Shown piece after piece: positions 1 to 12,989 of a stretch of DNA of 64,000 bases (its first letter is position 1; each line of letters begins with the position of its first letter). The position numbers and the translations under genes are program-made. Origin of the DNA: Octopus vulgaris (taxonomy: Eukaryota); NCBI GenBank assembly GCA_951406725.2, contig OX597823.1, forward strand, positions 117,862,001 through 117,926,000, in the 5' to 3' direction. The notes beneath the pieces are model-generated. The model did no database searches and was not told the origin of the DNA. It saw only the letters and a list, made by a program, of their open reading frames with translations.

Positions 1-590
1 TGAAGGTGATGATAGCTTTTCTTTCTGCTGATAAGAAAGAGATCAGTAATGTTCATAGCTTCACTGGAGTCACCTAAAGGTCCCTCGTTAGTGACACTGA
101 TAAGTTTTGGGGGAAGTGGTAAATAGCAAACCCACAGAGTTGTTACCTATTGTTGGGGCAGTAACTACTTGAAACCGATTTGAATCTAGCACTAAATCAG
201 GGAAATTATTTACACTTTTCGCTAAAGGTTTGCCAATCAATCTCTAGGTAACTGGATGTTTTCCTAGATGCAGCTCTGAAGATACCAGAAAACTGTGTGT
301 CTTGATGGCAGTTTCGGAGGTAAACATCTCCAAATAGAAGTGTTGATGTGCTTACACGAATATCGCAGAAAAATATTTCTTGCAGCGCCTGATTCAAGTC
401 ATCAAAAGAAATTGCTGTAAAGCTTGAGTGGACATAGACCATCATGCGATTAGAGCGGTCTTTCCAGAATATGCTGAAGCCAGCCATGCTAAAAACACCA
501 CCGTAGAATAAAGAATGTGTTCTGTGACTGTAATGAAATCGGGATCAATACATTTAACATAAGAGTTTAAAAGGCGGACCTTGTAACATA
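1..590 (-). mobile_element. Degraded CR1/L2-type LINE, endonuclease-domain fragment
   Basis: Minus-strand translation gives GFSIFWKDRSNR..MVYVHSSF and, near 90-200, LVLDSNRFQVVTAPTIGNNSVGLLFTTSP..ISVTNEGPLGD. This resembles the PTRGNNILDL..T....PLGDSDH motif of APE endonucleases. Frameshifted. Confidence 0.65.
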
Positions 591-839
591 AAATTCGTTT
601 ATTTAAATACAGTAGTTTATATCTAGATTTAAACCTATCATAATTTGTAGGGTATATAGCATTTCATTCTTGCTTAGTCTCCGGGGCTTTTCCGTGCTTG
701 TAATTACATTGAACATGGGTAAAAATATATTTGAACTCACGTGCATGAATTGAGTTATAAAAGGTTACCTCCCTTCGTCAAAGGAGTTGTTTCCCTTACT
801 TTAATTACTTCCCTTGAATCTAAAAAAATTAACTGTTTG

Positions 840-2439
840 ATAATGATAATGAAATTATTGTATACAGTGCTCAGGTGCACCACGACTTGTCAGAAAGTGC
901 GTATAAAGTGTATGCAGTAATGTCTGGAAAGCGAACAATGTACGAGTCAGATACATGCTTGTGTGTGTATGGAGGGGAGGAAATCAGGTGTAGTGTTGAC
1001 GAATCTCAGGAAGCATGGAAGTTTTGAAGGATGCAGTGCTCCATGCTGTTTTCTGACTTTGTAAATATGTCCACGGGTGTTAGATGGGTGGAGTTTGAAA
1101 AGGTGCTCAGAGTTATTGTTTGTAAGATGGTTAATAATTTTATGGGTGTCTGCCAAGTCAGCTGCCAAACGTCAGAGTTTCAATGTGTCCATGCCCAGGG
1201 AAGTAAGGCGTTCAGAATATGGCAAATGCCTGATGGAGGGTATACTTTTGGTTGCACGTCGCTGAACGGCTTCCAGACGATTGATATCCTGGGCAAGATA
1301 GGGGTTCCAGATCGGTGATTCAAATTCCAGGTAAAGTCTTACCATAGCTATATAAAGCCGCAGATAGATAGTCGGAGAGCGGCTCACAAAGGATTTGGTG
1401 AATGATGCCAAGACACCCTCAGCCTTCTTGACAATTTTAGCGATGTGTTTTGTCCAATGCAAATCACTGTCAACAATAACACCCAGGTCACGTTCACATG
1501 AAGACTTTTTGAGACTAGTGTTGTGGAGGGAGTAGGTGGACGCTGGGTTTCTCCTCCCAAAATGCATGGTGGTACATTTGTCCACAGCCAGCTTGAGTTG
1601 CCAGTCCATGATCCACTGCTGCATTGTGTCTAGGTCTGCAACAGAGATCTATAGTGTACAGGATCTGACCTCTTTATTTCGAGGTACAGCTTGATGTCAT
1701 CTGCATATTTCAGCACTGTGGCATTCTTTAAGTTGGCATCTATGTCATTAACATAAGCAACAAATAAAAGGGGGCCAAGAACAGATCCCTGTGGTACACC
1801 AGATGTCATCTCATAGGGTGAAGAGTGCTGTCCTAGAACTGTGACAACCTCTTTTCGGCCGAAAATAAAGGACTTCAACCAGTTATAGAGTTCGTCTCTT
1901 AAGCCCAACGCAGAGAGCTTCACCAGAAGTCTTTTGTGTGGCACAGAGCTAAAAGCCTTAGCAAAGTCCAGGTAACCAACATCTACCCAGGATCCGCGAT
2001 CAGTGATTTGGGTAACGTCCTCAAGAAACTCAATGAGTTGATTACAGCAGCTGGAGTTAGGAATAAATCCAAATTGTGACGGCTGGATGAGGCTGTGAGA
2101 CTTCCAAAAGTTCCAGAGGGTTTCCCTGATACAGAATTCCATCAGTTTGGCGATGCAGCTAGTAAGACTAACGGGGCGATAGTTGACAGGCGATGTGCGG
2201 TCACCTTTTTTGAACAGAGGGATAACACTGGCAGTTTTCCACTGCTCTGGAGTAACACCATTGTCAAGACAGAATTGGAAGAATAGAGAAAGTTGGCTTA
2301 AAAGAAAGTACCCACCACGTTTGAGAAGTAAGTATGTAACACCATTGAGACCAGGAGAGGCATAGTCGCGCTTATTCTTAAGGTGGTGTTGTAGCATTGC
2401 TGGTGTAAATTGCATAGTAGATATAGAGTCTGATGTCAA
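840..2439 (-). mobile_element. 5'-truncated CR1/L2-clade LINE (RT, C-terminus, 3' UTR and ATT-type tail)
   Basis: ORFs 1630-2439 (NYRPVSLTS, YLDFAKAF, SGVPQGSVLGP, KYADD), 1172-1624 (ERDLGVIVDSDL, LEAVQRRATK) and 947-1168 (NTRGH). They are broken by a frameshift near 1630 and a TGA at 1172-1174. The 3' UTR matches the + strand copy at 43320-43880. Confidence 0.93.
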
Positions 2440-3529
2440 CTTATTAAATTACTTGTTCTGCTAGACGGGCTCTAAAACATTTATTTATAGGGAATTTGAT
2501 GAAAACTAATCAGGAATCACTTATATATTTACAATAACAGATTTTGTAATATTTACAATGAAAGATCATTTCATATAAACTTTGCTGTCGTATTAACCTT
2601 CTAATAACGGTTAAGGCAAGTATTAACAGACTTTCTGTTTTAGAAAGTGCAAGGGGATCTGGGGACATTTATCACTTCCATTGGCAATCTACATGAACTC
2701 CTACAAAAATCGGAAAGTTTGTAAACTAAATTTTTGCACTAAAGTAATTACCACTACTTTGACTGAAAGTTGATTCTAAAAAATGCCCAAATTGAAATGT
2801 TAGTCTTTGGTTATATTCATTTCTAACGTAGGCACAAAAGCCTAAAATTGGGGAGAGGTAACAGCGAATTATACCAATCCCCATATTTGACTGGTACATT
2901 TTATTTTACCTACCTCAGATGGATGAAAAGCAAAAATTAGCCTTAGTGGTATTTGAACTCTGAATGTAACAAACCTGAAGAAATACTGCACAGCACTTTC
3001 TTCTGACATTAATGATTCTACTAACTTATCGTTCCTTTGGAATAATGGAAAACAAAGAGCACTGGAATTTGAACTAAGAACAGTAGTGCATTGAGCTATG
3101 TACCATAAAGCTATCTGCACTTGTGTCATCCTCACCAACATTAGTTTCATATTTCATCACAACACCTGTCCAAGATCACGACCACCCCCACCTAATAAAC
3201 AAGCCCTATACTAAAATAACTGGTAAAACATTAAGGCTGTCTTAGGACTGACTTTTCTTTGTCCAATAAACTTAATGACTACAACATAAATCTCCTTCAT
3301 ATATCTATTTTCCTTTTTCTCACCACTTTCAGTGATTTTTATTCTCCATGCTTCAAACTAAACATTTCTCTGATCTTCCTTCCTTAATACTACAACTTTC
3401 TGAAACTCTCATTTCCTCCTAACCTAGTTAATCTCCATGTCTGGAAAAACTTAAAAACGTAAGGTGTAACAACACTTCTCAGATTGTGCAGGAAAAGAAA
3501 AGAAAGAAAAATAAAATGGAAATTGTAGT

Positions 3530-3863
3530 TGCGACACCTGTGCCAGTGGCACATTAAAACAACCATCCATACGTGACCGATGCCAGCATTGCCTTGACTG
3601 GCTTCCATGCCAGTGGCATGTAAAAAGCACCAACCGATTGTGGCCGTTGCCAGCCTCCCCTGGCACCTGTGCCAGTGGCACGTAAAAAGCACCCACTACA
3701 TTCACAGATTGGTTGGCATTAGGAAGGGCATCCAGCCATAGAAACACTGCCAGATCAGACTGGAGCCTGGTGCAGCTTCCTGGCTTCCCAGACCCCAGTC
3801 AAACTGTCCAACCCATGCTAGCATGGAAAACGGACGTTAAAACGATGATGATGATGATGATGA
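3530..3863 (+). mobile_element. Short element matching the RTE 3' UTR, with (GAT)n tail (family C here)
   Basis: ggcacgtaaaaagcacccactac...ggttggcattaggaagggcatccagc...caacccatgctagcatggaaaacggacgttaaaacgatgatg. Many copies in the window; the same sequence ends the RTE at 24461-27170. Confidence 0.85.
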
Positions 3864-3920
3864 TATATCATCATCATCATCATCGTTTAACGTCCGTTAT
3901 ATATATATATATAAATCAAA

Positions 3921-4117
3921 AGGCGGCGAGCTGGCAGAAACATTAGCACGTCGGGCAAAATGCTTAGTGGTATTTCGTCTGTTGACTTTGCCTTTCATTC
4001 TTTCGGGGTCGATAAATAAAGTACCAGTTTCGCACTGGGGCCGATGTAATAGACTTAATCCCTTTGTCTGTCCTTGTTTGTCCCCTCTATGTTTAACCCC
4101 TTGTGGGCAGTAAAGAA
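3921..4117 (+). mobile_element. tRNA-headed SINE (family A, Meta-domain-like), internally deleted
   Basis: ggcggcgagctggcagaaac...gcctttcattctttcggggtcgataaataaagtaccag...gggcagtaaagaaata; matches the copies at 7195-7427 and 57222-57453. Confidence 0.85.
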
Positions 4118-5131
4118 ATATATATATATATATATATATATAAATCAAGAGAAATTGAATGTACAAACCTCATCTTTATGTGATACTAAGTTATTGCAAG
4201 CTACACAGATAAAGTCTTTCCACCATGTTAAGCCACCAAATACTACCAGATCTCTCTCCTACAAAAGAAAATAATAAAGAGGAAAGAAAAAAAAATGAAA
4301 TTTCATAAAAATTCTAATATTGATTTCTTCTACAGAAATGAATGGTCTTTCAGTGAGGTTTGAAAGGAAACAGTTTACAGTTGGGTATCTTGATACTGGT
4401 CCTCATTCAGAATAATTCACAAGGAAATATTCATAAATCCAATGATTGGTTCATGGAAGCATTACACACGGTTGTATCAGTGTAGTGTATTTGGAGGAAA
4501 TGTTAAATTTAAATTGGTGTAGAACAATTCTCTCCAAGAAATGTGCTACAAGTTGAACTCAACACTTCAATCTGATGTTACACTCCTCAATTTTACAATG
4601 CTACTTATGTTTGAACTGTAATTTCCAACTCGGAAGATAAGACATTTGAGATTTAAGTGTCTTGGCCAAACACTATGTAGTGGCAGTAAGAGGATACAAA
4701 CTACTAATGTCTCAAAGATTTAAATCTTATGAACTCAGGGATCAGCATTTATCCAGTTCTGTAGCATATAACACAGTAATTTCTACCAAATATACTATTT
4801 GTTAAATTAAAAGTTACAACTGACTATACTTTAAGTGGTTGTCATTATAGAAACACGATTACTAGTTCATATTCTATTACTAATGCTGTACTTTGTTTCC
4901 TGAATTAATGGCCTCATTGAACAGAGGTTTAACAATAGGGCCCTTGGTGCGGCACAGCTCATTACTGTAAGTAGTAGAGATAACATATAAATGTGCTTCT
5001 TTATCGCACCAAAGACAACTTGCATCAAGGAGAAAATATATAAAAATGTCAACAAAACTGGGTTACATTACAATCTTTTAATGAGTGTGGCTGAATAATC
5101 AAATCAAATAATGTTAGAAATATCAGTTTAA

Positions 5132-5353
5132 CCTTTTTGATACCAATCTGGCTGAAACCACCTCTGGTTCCGTAGTATAAATATCTTGTTTTCAAAAGTT
5201 CTGAATTAAAATCTTCCACCAAACTTTAGTCACAGTTTATATTCATAACATTACTTTAATGATAATTAAATTATTTTACAAAATTTTTTATTATATCTAA
5301 ATTTAATTGAAAGAAACACAAAGCATCTCAACAGAAATATGGTAACAAAGGAG
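5132..5353 (+). mobile_element. TTAA-flanked MITE (piggyBac-like termini)
   Basis: TTAA|cctttttgatacc ... ggtaacaaaggag|TTAA; homologous, in reverse orientation, to 5400-5609. Confidence 0.7.
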
Positions 5354-5399
5354 TTAAAGAAAAAAATGGTTTTTAACAGTTTATAGGAAGACAATTTAG

Positions 5400-5609
5400 C
5401 CCATTTGTTACGATATTTCTGTTGAAATACACTGTCTTGGTTTCAATCAATCTAGAAAATAATGAAAAATTTAGTAAAATTATCCAACTAGTGCTTGGGC
5501 AAAAATTAAGATGGGATTTTGATGGAAGATTTTGATTTAGATCACTTAAAAACATGAAGTTTGCATCACAGAATACAGGGCAGTCTCAGGCAGGTTGGTA
5601 TCAAAAGGG
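5400..5609 (-). mobile_element. TTAA-flanked MITE, inverted relative to the neighbouring copy
   Basis: Ends ggttggtatcaaaaggg|TTAA; its left end is the reverse complement of the right end of 5132-5353. Confidence 0.7.
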
Positions 5610-5647
5610 TTAAGAGATCTCAGTTTTTCATCAATGATATTTCTTAC

Positions 5648-5752
5648 CTGTGTCTCATTACCAAACAGTTTCCATTTACGTAACGCATAGTGTGCAAGTC
5701 CTGTTTTACCAGCCACTGCAATACACTGACCAGATCGATCCACAGCAGCATA
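5648..5752 (-). CDS. RIC1: RIC1 exon ([35 protein letters not shown])
   Basis: 105 nt, acceptor ttgttag, donor gtaaga, phase 0/0. Matches the recalled RIC1 motif [37 protein letters not shown]. Confidence 0.93.
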
Positions 5753-7194
5753 CTAACAAACAAATAGATAAAAACAAAATACAAACAATAAATTATCATA
5801 ATAAATATGGAAGTTCATTTCCAGAGAATTCTGCAGGCTTAAATTTACAAAAGCAAGCAAAAGAGATTTTAAGGCATACAATCTTTTCCAACTAAATGTT
5901 TTGATGTTAAGCTTCCTATACTTCAAAAAAGTTTTAAGGGCTAGTATTTAATTCCTAATTTATGGCATTAAAAAATGAGAAATCTATCACACGTAAGTCA
6001 TCTGTAACCTACTGCCGATAATTAGGTTAACTGGGACAATGTAGAATGAAATATAGTGCTCTAAAAATATAACAAAATACATGCAGTAAACTTGAACAAG
6101 TAGCCTACAAGCTGAGAGATCCATTTGTTGTGAACCTGGCCATTTCATATTTATATATTTATAGTCGGCACTACTGACAGCAACAAGTGGCCACTAGTCA
6201 ACACCTCCCTACCTCTGTAACAATCAAATGCTGGTCAACGCCCTGAGTAAACAATCGAGTTAAAGACAAAACTCTAAGAGACAAGCAAATAGATAAGGCA
6301 AACATGGCATGATATGATACAGCAATTAGCTAGAGCACACAGTAGTGATCCAAAGTTTCCAGTAACTACACTGGCTCTACTAAAAGCCAGTAACACAATT
6401 ATAAGGGATACGCTTTGTGGATTTCTCATGTTTAATGCAACTTTGGAATTGCTTAATGTACAATTGTTTCAGTTTGACACCCCATTTAACCATTTAGCAT
6501 TGAAACTGGCCAAATACAGCCTGAATATTCTACCTTTTTTATGTTCAAATCATCCAGACCTGGCTTCTGTCACTTACCTTACAGTGTCATTCTTAAAATC
6601 AACCCTCACACTCTCATAAATTCAAAGCTATGAGATAATGCACGATTGATTGAATACAATGTGAATAAGTAATCTGATTGCTAAATGGCTAAACCCTTAA
6701 CCACTGGTCTCTATCAAAGATAAAGTGCTCTAAGATATAACAAAATACATGCACCAAACTTGAACTAACAACCTACATGCCAACAGATCCATACATTGCA
6801 AACCTGGCCATTTCACAACTATGAATAAAAATTAAACATAGAAGGAAGATTAGATGGCATGATATGGCCTCAGATTGATATAGCAATTAGCTACACTGCA
6901 AAATATTGATTCAAACTTTTCTGGTCAGTGATCCCAGTATCACTTAATTACTGGTTACATCCACCCACCCCCAGTCAAAAACACCCTAGTAACTCTTAAC
7001 TACCAGCTGTAGTAATACTTGGCCACTAGTCAGCACTACTGACAGCAACAAGTGGCCACTACTCAACACCACTCTACCTCTGTAACACTCAAATGCTGGT
7101 CATCACCCTGAGTAAACAATCAACTTTGAGATAAAGCAAATAGAGAGTGTGACTGACTGTTTCAGCTGAAAAGGAATCTGTTTAATGAGATACC

Positions 7195-7427
7195 TATTTC
7201 TTTACTACCCACAAGGGGCTAAACACAGAGGGGACAAACAGGGACAGACAAACGGATTAAGTCGATTACATCGACCCCAGTGCGTAACTGGTACTTATTT
7301 AATCGACCCCGAAAGGATGAAAGGCAAAGTCGACCTCAGCGGAATTTGAACTCAGAACGTAGAGACAGACGAAAGACTGCTAAGCATTTCGCCCGGCGTG
7401 CTAATGATTCTGCCAGCTCGCCGCCTT
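7195..7427 (-). mobile_element. Full-length family A SINE with 19-bp TSD
   Basis: Head ggcggcgagctggcagaatc and B-box-like gagttcaaattcc. TSD atctgtttaatgagatacc at 7176-7194 and 7428-7446. Confidence 0.92.
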
Positions 7428-7837
7428 ATCTGTTTAATGAGATACCATAAATCAAAATAGTCAATGATCCTACTAACATAGGTATTTACATTAATATAAG
7501 AAATAAATACAATAATTAAAGACTATTCTTTTTTAATAACTTCAATGTTTTATTTAATATATCAATGAACCACTTTGACATTTTCAATAAAGATATTCCA
7601 CAACCTATTCTCCTACGTTCATCATGAATTCTGCCTGTTTCGGTTCAATGATATATTAGTCATGTCCACACCAACAAACCTTTTCCGAAATTTTCTAGTA
7701 GAGTATTGCAGAAAAGCAACAAGGGTTTCAAATAAACAACACTACACAGATTGAGAAATAACTTACCTCCCTTGCACGGCTGTTGCATTTTATTTACCAA
7801 CACCCCAACACATTCACACAGTCTCAATCTCTCTCTC

Positions 7838-7885
<48 letters not shown>

Positions 7886-8205
7886 CGTGACCGACCAGGC
7901 TATTAGATGTCGCTACACATCGCTGGTCACAATGTGCTTCGCATTGTTTTAGCCTTCAAATGACGCCACCCCGCTGGCTAAGCGAGCAGGCCAACAGAAG
8001 AAAGAGTGAGAGAAAGTTGTGGCGAAAGAGTACAGCAGAGATAGATATTAATGACTCTTCTTAATATATATGGTAGGTCAACTATGAAAAAAAAAAAAAT
8101 AGATGTTCTTTTCAGAACAGTTGCAGCAGCAACATGAACGACAGCAAACATATTTTTAAAATAACACCATCAACAACATCAACAACAACAATAGTTTGAA
8201 CTTAC

Positions 8206-8403
8206 TCTTATTGGCCAGTTAGCTGAGAGGTAGCTGTGTGAGATTGGTATAACCTGCCACTGTTTATTGCCAACCAACACATGAGAGATGGGGGAAGACG
8301 TAACAGAGGGGGACACATTGGAGTTTGAAACCTTGAAAACTGAGTCTCCAATATTCAAATAAAGTTTATCATCTCCTTGAAGGAAAAGGTGTTCATGATT
8401 TGC
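8206..8403 (-). CDS. RIC1: RIC1 exon (ANHEHLFLQGDDKLYLNIGD...LVGNKQWQVIPISHSYLSANWPIR)
   Basis: 198 nt open frame, acceptor ttttccag, donor gtaagt. Matches RIC1 SNQEQVLLQGEDRLYLN...HWHVVQISSTYLESNWPIR. Confidence 0.93.
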
Positions 8404-10603
8404 CTGGAAAAGATGTCAAAACGATTTAGTTAGCCACGCGAAAATTGGGTCTGAACAAAAAAATAAAGAAGTAAATAAATTTTGGTAAATACTGAGTACA
8501 GTATACTGTCATAAGAAGTAATAACAAGAGAAACTGTAAAGCAAGACTTTATTCAACAGAGTCGATCTCACAAGACACTACCGTGGAGAAATGTCTAGTA
8601 CCACTGTCATAGCTAAATCAAAGCCTAATAAGTGAAATTTGATAGGCACAAACTATGAGAAAGCCCCACTAGAAGAGTTGTTGTTATTCTTGGGTACTAG
8701 GTTTAATCCATCTTCCAATTTAACATCATGCCTTGACTCTAAGGAGTCTTTAGCTTAAACATTGTGCTGTAAGTTTTCAGGTCAGGCCTTCCTTCCTCTC
8801 GGTAGTCTTGGAGTTCTTGAAGAGCATCATGAGTGACAACCATTTCCTTTGACTATACCGTTAAAAAAAAATCTAGTTTATGTAGGGGGGACAACTTGCT
8901 CAACATATACAACTTAGAGCTAACATTTGCTCTTTAACAAAAAAACAAGAAACTCAGATTGAAAAGTTAACAAAACATGTAACCTTAGTAAAACAACAAT
9001 AGTAGACAGCTGGAATTAGATTTTATGGTTATACAGCTTAATACTACAAGTTCAAATTAAGTCTTTCTGTTGGCATTTTTCTTCTTTACCATCAAAGTTC
9101 ATCAACACATGATAGACATTGCAAGGTTATGGGAAATAATCTTAATATTACAGTTCCTCAAAGTTTCCTTCTTGACAAATAGTATTGTCAAAACAATACT
9201 ATTGAAAGTCAGAATTGTTATTCAGATCTGGAACCGAGTCGCCATAGGGAAGTTTTAATTAGGATGTGTGATCACCATTTTCTCTTTCAGCACAAATCTG
9301 CACTACAACCATACATGTTTCAAACTTGTGTTACTTCATCAGATGAAACAATCTCATCTCTGACTCAACTACTCCCTCCAAAGCCTCTTTGTTTAGTTTA
9401 TCTTAAACAAAAATATTTTCCATCTCCACCCATTATGTATCCTGCTTTCACTATGGCAGATTCAACCCTCTGGCAATGTCCTTGATATATTTTTGCTTCT
9501 CAATTCATTCTCAGGTTTTCTTGTAAGTTCAACTCACTCATCGTCCCAAGACACTATATGGTTCCAATCAGATTCCCATGCCATGCAGTAATTACACTTT
9601 TCATATATATCTTTTATAGTTAGTGGCATCATAATATAAAAGGAGAAAAAATTAATAATAATACTTATGCAGCAAGAAGAAAACATAAGCTAAATGACAG
9701 ATTTTAATTAAATCTGATTCAGGCAAATATGGGCAACAACTCCAGGCATTTTGCCTTCTCAGCAAAATATAACTTTTTCCTGACTTGCCAAATTAGAAAT
9801 ACGATAACTTCTATATTGACGTACAATAATCTACACATGCAGGTATTGAATCATTATATTGACTGAGAAAAAAAATTACTCAAGGACACCAACTTTATTG
9901 CCCTTTGTGAGGTAAGAAACCTTTGGTTGAATAACCAGGTTGCTATTTCTCGACATTTGTTCCTTTATCCAAAGCACAGACTATTTGAATATGGTCTACT
10001 TTCAGTACATCAACTTAGCAGAAAGTACTGATGACTTCCAAAAGCTTCAGTTTACACTTGCTGTTGCCATTTCATTATATGCCTCTATCCAAACTGCCAT
10101 CAGTCCAGAACACATTCGCCAATATTTTCCACATTTATTTGCTCGAAATTAACACTGCACAAATGTTGGATATTTTATGGTGATGTAATTAGACCTAAAT
10201 TTTATTTTCCCATTAAATAAATTATTAAAAGTAATCATTAGGTACAGTAGTTTAATACATTAAAACAACCTTAACTGTTGAAAAGACAAAACATCTTTAT
10301 AATTTACCCACTGACTTGGCAAAATTCACAGTGTTGAATCAACAACACACACACACACATACTAATCCATTTTGCCAATAGACTGACCACACACAGATAC
10401 ACAATAATACAATGATCCTAATGTTATCCAAGTGTAGGCATAGATGAATGATTAAGAAGTTTGCTGAAGATAGTGCCCCATTATGGCTGCAGTCCAAAGA
10501 CTGAAACCAGAGAAAAGGGAACAAGATTTTTTGAAAATGCAATAACTATCTTAATTTTGAGAGCTGTATTGTCTGAGAAGGAACCAGAAATAGAGAAACT
10601 TAC

Positions 10604-10783
10604 CATACAAGGATTAGATGTTAAAGAACTTTTCACAAACTGCATTTGTAAAAGTTGAGTAGTAGGGGACTCCTCCACCTCCTCCTCCTCTTCAGATGGA
10701 TCTTCATCTTCAGTAGATGAGTTATCTTCCTCAGTAAAGCATTTACAGATCATCCATAGGTGATATCCCTCAATACCCCACTC
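10604..10783 (-). CDS. RIC1: RIC1 exon (EWGIEGYHLWMICK...acidic loop...QMQFVKSSLTSNPCM)
   Basis: 180 nt, acceptor catgtag, donor gtaagt; overlaps ORF 10481-10753. Matches RIC1 SWGAEGYHLW...FQFIKSVLTVNPCM. Confidence 0.93.
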
Positions 10784-10909
10784 CTACATGAGAAAAAGTA
10801 CCACTGAAGTTGTATTATAAAATAATGATTTCTTTTTATACAAGATAATTGGAGTCACCTGTTGATACACTGTTCCCAATAGATTGGGGGGGGGGTAGCT
10901 GGGAGGAAG

Positions 10910-11885
10910 GTCTGTTTTGGAACACATTTTCAAAGGCACTGCAGAGTGAATTTTCTTCAATTTCTTCTATCATCTAAAATCAGTGATATTTCATCGTAGA
11001 TTTCGGCTTTGGGAATGCAAAAAATTTCCAATAGGCAAAAATCCTGAGAGTAATATATATTTCTTTACTACCCACAAGGGGCTAAACACAGAGGGGACAA
11101 ACAAGGACAGACAAACGGATTAAGTCGATTATATTGGCTCCAGTGCATAACTGGTACTTATTTAATCGACCCCGAAAGGATGAAAGGCAAAGTCGACCTC
11201 GGCAGAATTTGAACTCAGAACGTAATGGCAGACGAAATACGGCTACGCATTTCGCCCGGCGGGAACAAGAGTCTGCTAGTACTTTACAAAAAGATCATCA
11301 ATGATAAGGAGCGATATCTAAACAAATACATTGTCACAGAGTAGTATTCATGTCTTGTTTGTCCATGCCTGAGACTTACCCTTCATAGCAACTCTTTCAA
11401 AAGTTACACGGCATCCAAATAAAATCTTAGAGATCAATCTGAGCACATGAGATAAACACATGATGAGTGATATCTTCACAAACAAAAGATGATGAATACC
11501 ACCTTCATATTTAAGCTCTTTTTTTTTAAACAGCATTAATGATCCAATTCACTATTACAACTGTCATTTTGTTCAACATTGTATCTGTATATCCATATTT
11601 CATCAACTGTTATATTTTTTAAGTTTCCATCAGTGTTGAACAATAAAGACTTGATTCTCTTTTTTGCTCATCTGCCAACGGATGCACTACAAATGTTGTA
11701 ACACGATATGTCTTCAAATTTTCTTATAAATCATGTGACACAAAATTTTAGAAACCCATTTCATCAGAAACTTTGCAGATTGTCAGGTGATGAATTTTCA
11801 TGGATCACAACCTGTGCTTTTGCAACATGATCATAGTCCATTGTAATAAAATACCCTCCAGATTTCTCATCATCTTCAATGGACA
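10910..11885 (-). mobile_element. Highly degraded mariner transposase, interrupted by a SINE at about 11059-11260
   Basis: Fragments IEDDEKSG..DHVAK, LADEQK, AWTNKT*ILLCDN and FFAFPKPKSTMK..IEEIEENS occur in order. They match mariner EDDERSGRP / RLLTDEQK / WMLHHDNA / DFFLFPKLK motifs. Confidence 0.65.
11059..11260 (-). mobile_element. Family A SINE, 5'-truncated
   Basis: Near-identical to 7195-7400. Confidence 0.85.
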
Positions 11886-12687
11886 TCTGGTCCGCCAGTC
11901 CTCAGTCAAATCGTCCAACCCATGCTAGCATGGAAAGCGGACGTTAAACGATGATGATGATGATATAACGGGCTTCTTCCAGTTTCCTTCTACCAAATCC
12001 ATTCACTGGGGACCATGTGGTTGGTAAGCAAGCTACTTACCACACAGCCACTCCTATGCTGAATCCAACACCTGTCATGTTGGCCAGCTGTAAGTCTGCC
12101 GATGAAATACTGCTAATACTTGTTGTCCTATTTACAAGTAATATAGAAAAGGGCATTGGATGCAAATATAGAATTCTTACAAATGACCATAACTGCCAAG
12201 AAAGATATTTATATTTATTTGGTCAGTTTTATGATTAGAGATATGAAGTTAGGAATGCTAAGTTCATTGCCATTTAAAAGATAATGATATGGTGTTGGGA
12301 AATTTGATTCTGCTGATGAGGAAAATTAAAAACATAACTTACTGGAGAATATCAAATTTATCTATGCTTTCAAGCTGTAAAGTTAATAAATTGTATTTAC
12401 TTGTAATCCATCCTTTATATCTGACATTTTCTAAATATAAATTACATTTCAGTTGGTAAACACAGTATATTCATATTATAGTTATTATATCCAAGCAAAA
12501 ACACACCTAGATATAGTGAAAGGAAAACTGGAGATAATAAACAGATATACTTAACAATATGATTCGATCTCTGGCAAATGCTAATAATACACAAGGTATT
12601 CCAAACACTATCTCTTCCTCACACACACAAACATGCACGAACATATTCTCATGCATAAAACACTATAGATATGTAAGGGGTACTTAC

Positions 12688-12736
12688 CATGCTTTTAACA
12701 GGAGAAGGATAAAGCTTACTTTCAGATTTTGGGAAC
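12688..12736 (-). CDS. RIC1: RIC1 short exon ((W)FPKSESKLYPSPVKSM)
   Basis: 49 nt, acceptor tttttag, donor gtaagt. Phase 2/0 joins 14205 (tg+g=W) and 10783. Positionally equivalent to YRSDGTKKDPLKINSM. Confidence 0.85.
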
Positions 12737-12954
12737 CTAAAAATATATTCAAAGTTCAGTAAATATTAAACCATAAGTATAAAATAGGTTTAAAATATTC
12801 CACTAAATCAGCTATGTTAAAAAACAAACTCTAAATTAAGAGAAGAACCACACAACTGCCTCAACACTGAAGATCAAACAATGTTTACAAGACAATATGA
12901 ACAAGGAAATTATTTAAAATTTCTTTGACATCTGACTCATAATAGTTAGGGAAA

Positions 12955-12984
<30 letters not shown>

Positions 12985-12989
<5 letters not shown>

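Noticed and set aside
4867-5055. Candidate next RIC1 exon
   Set aside because: No GG.LWW motif expected for the following exon in any frame; that exon probably lies outside the window.
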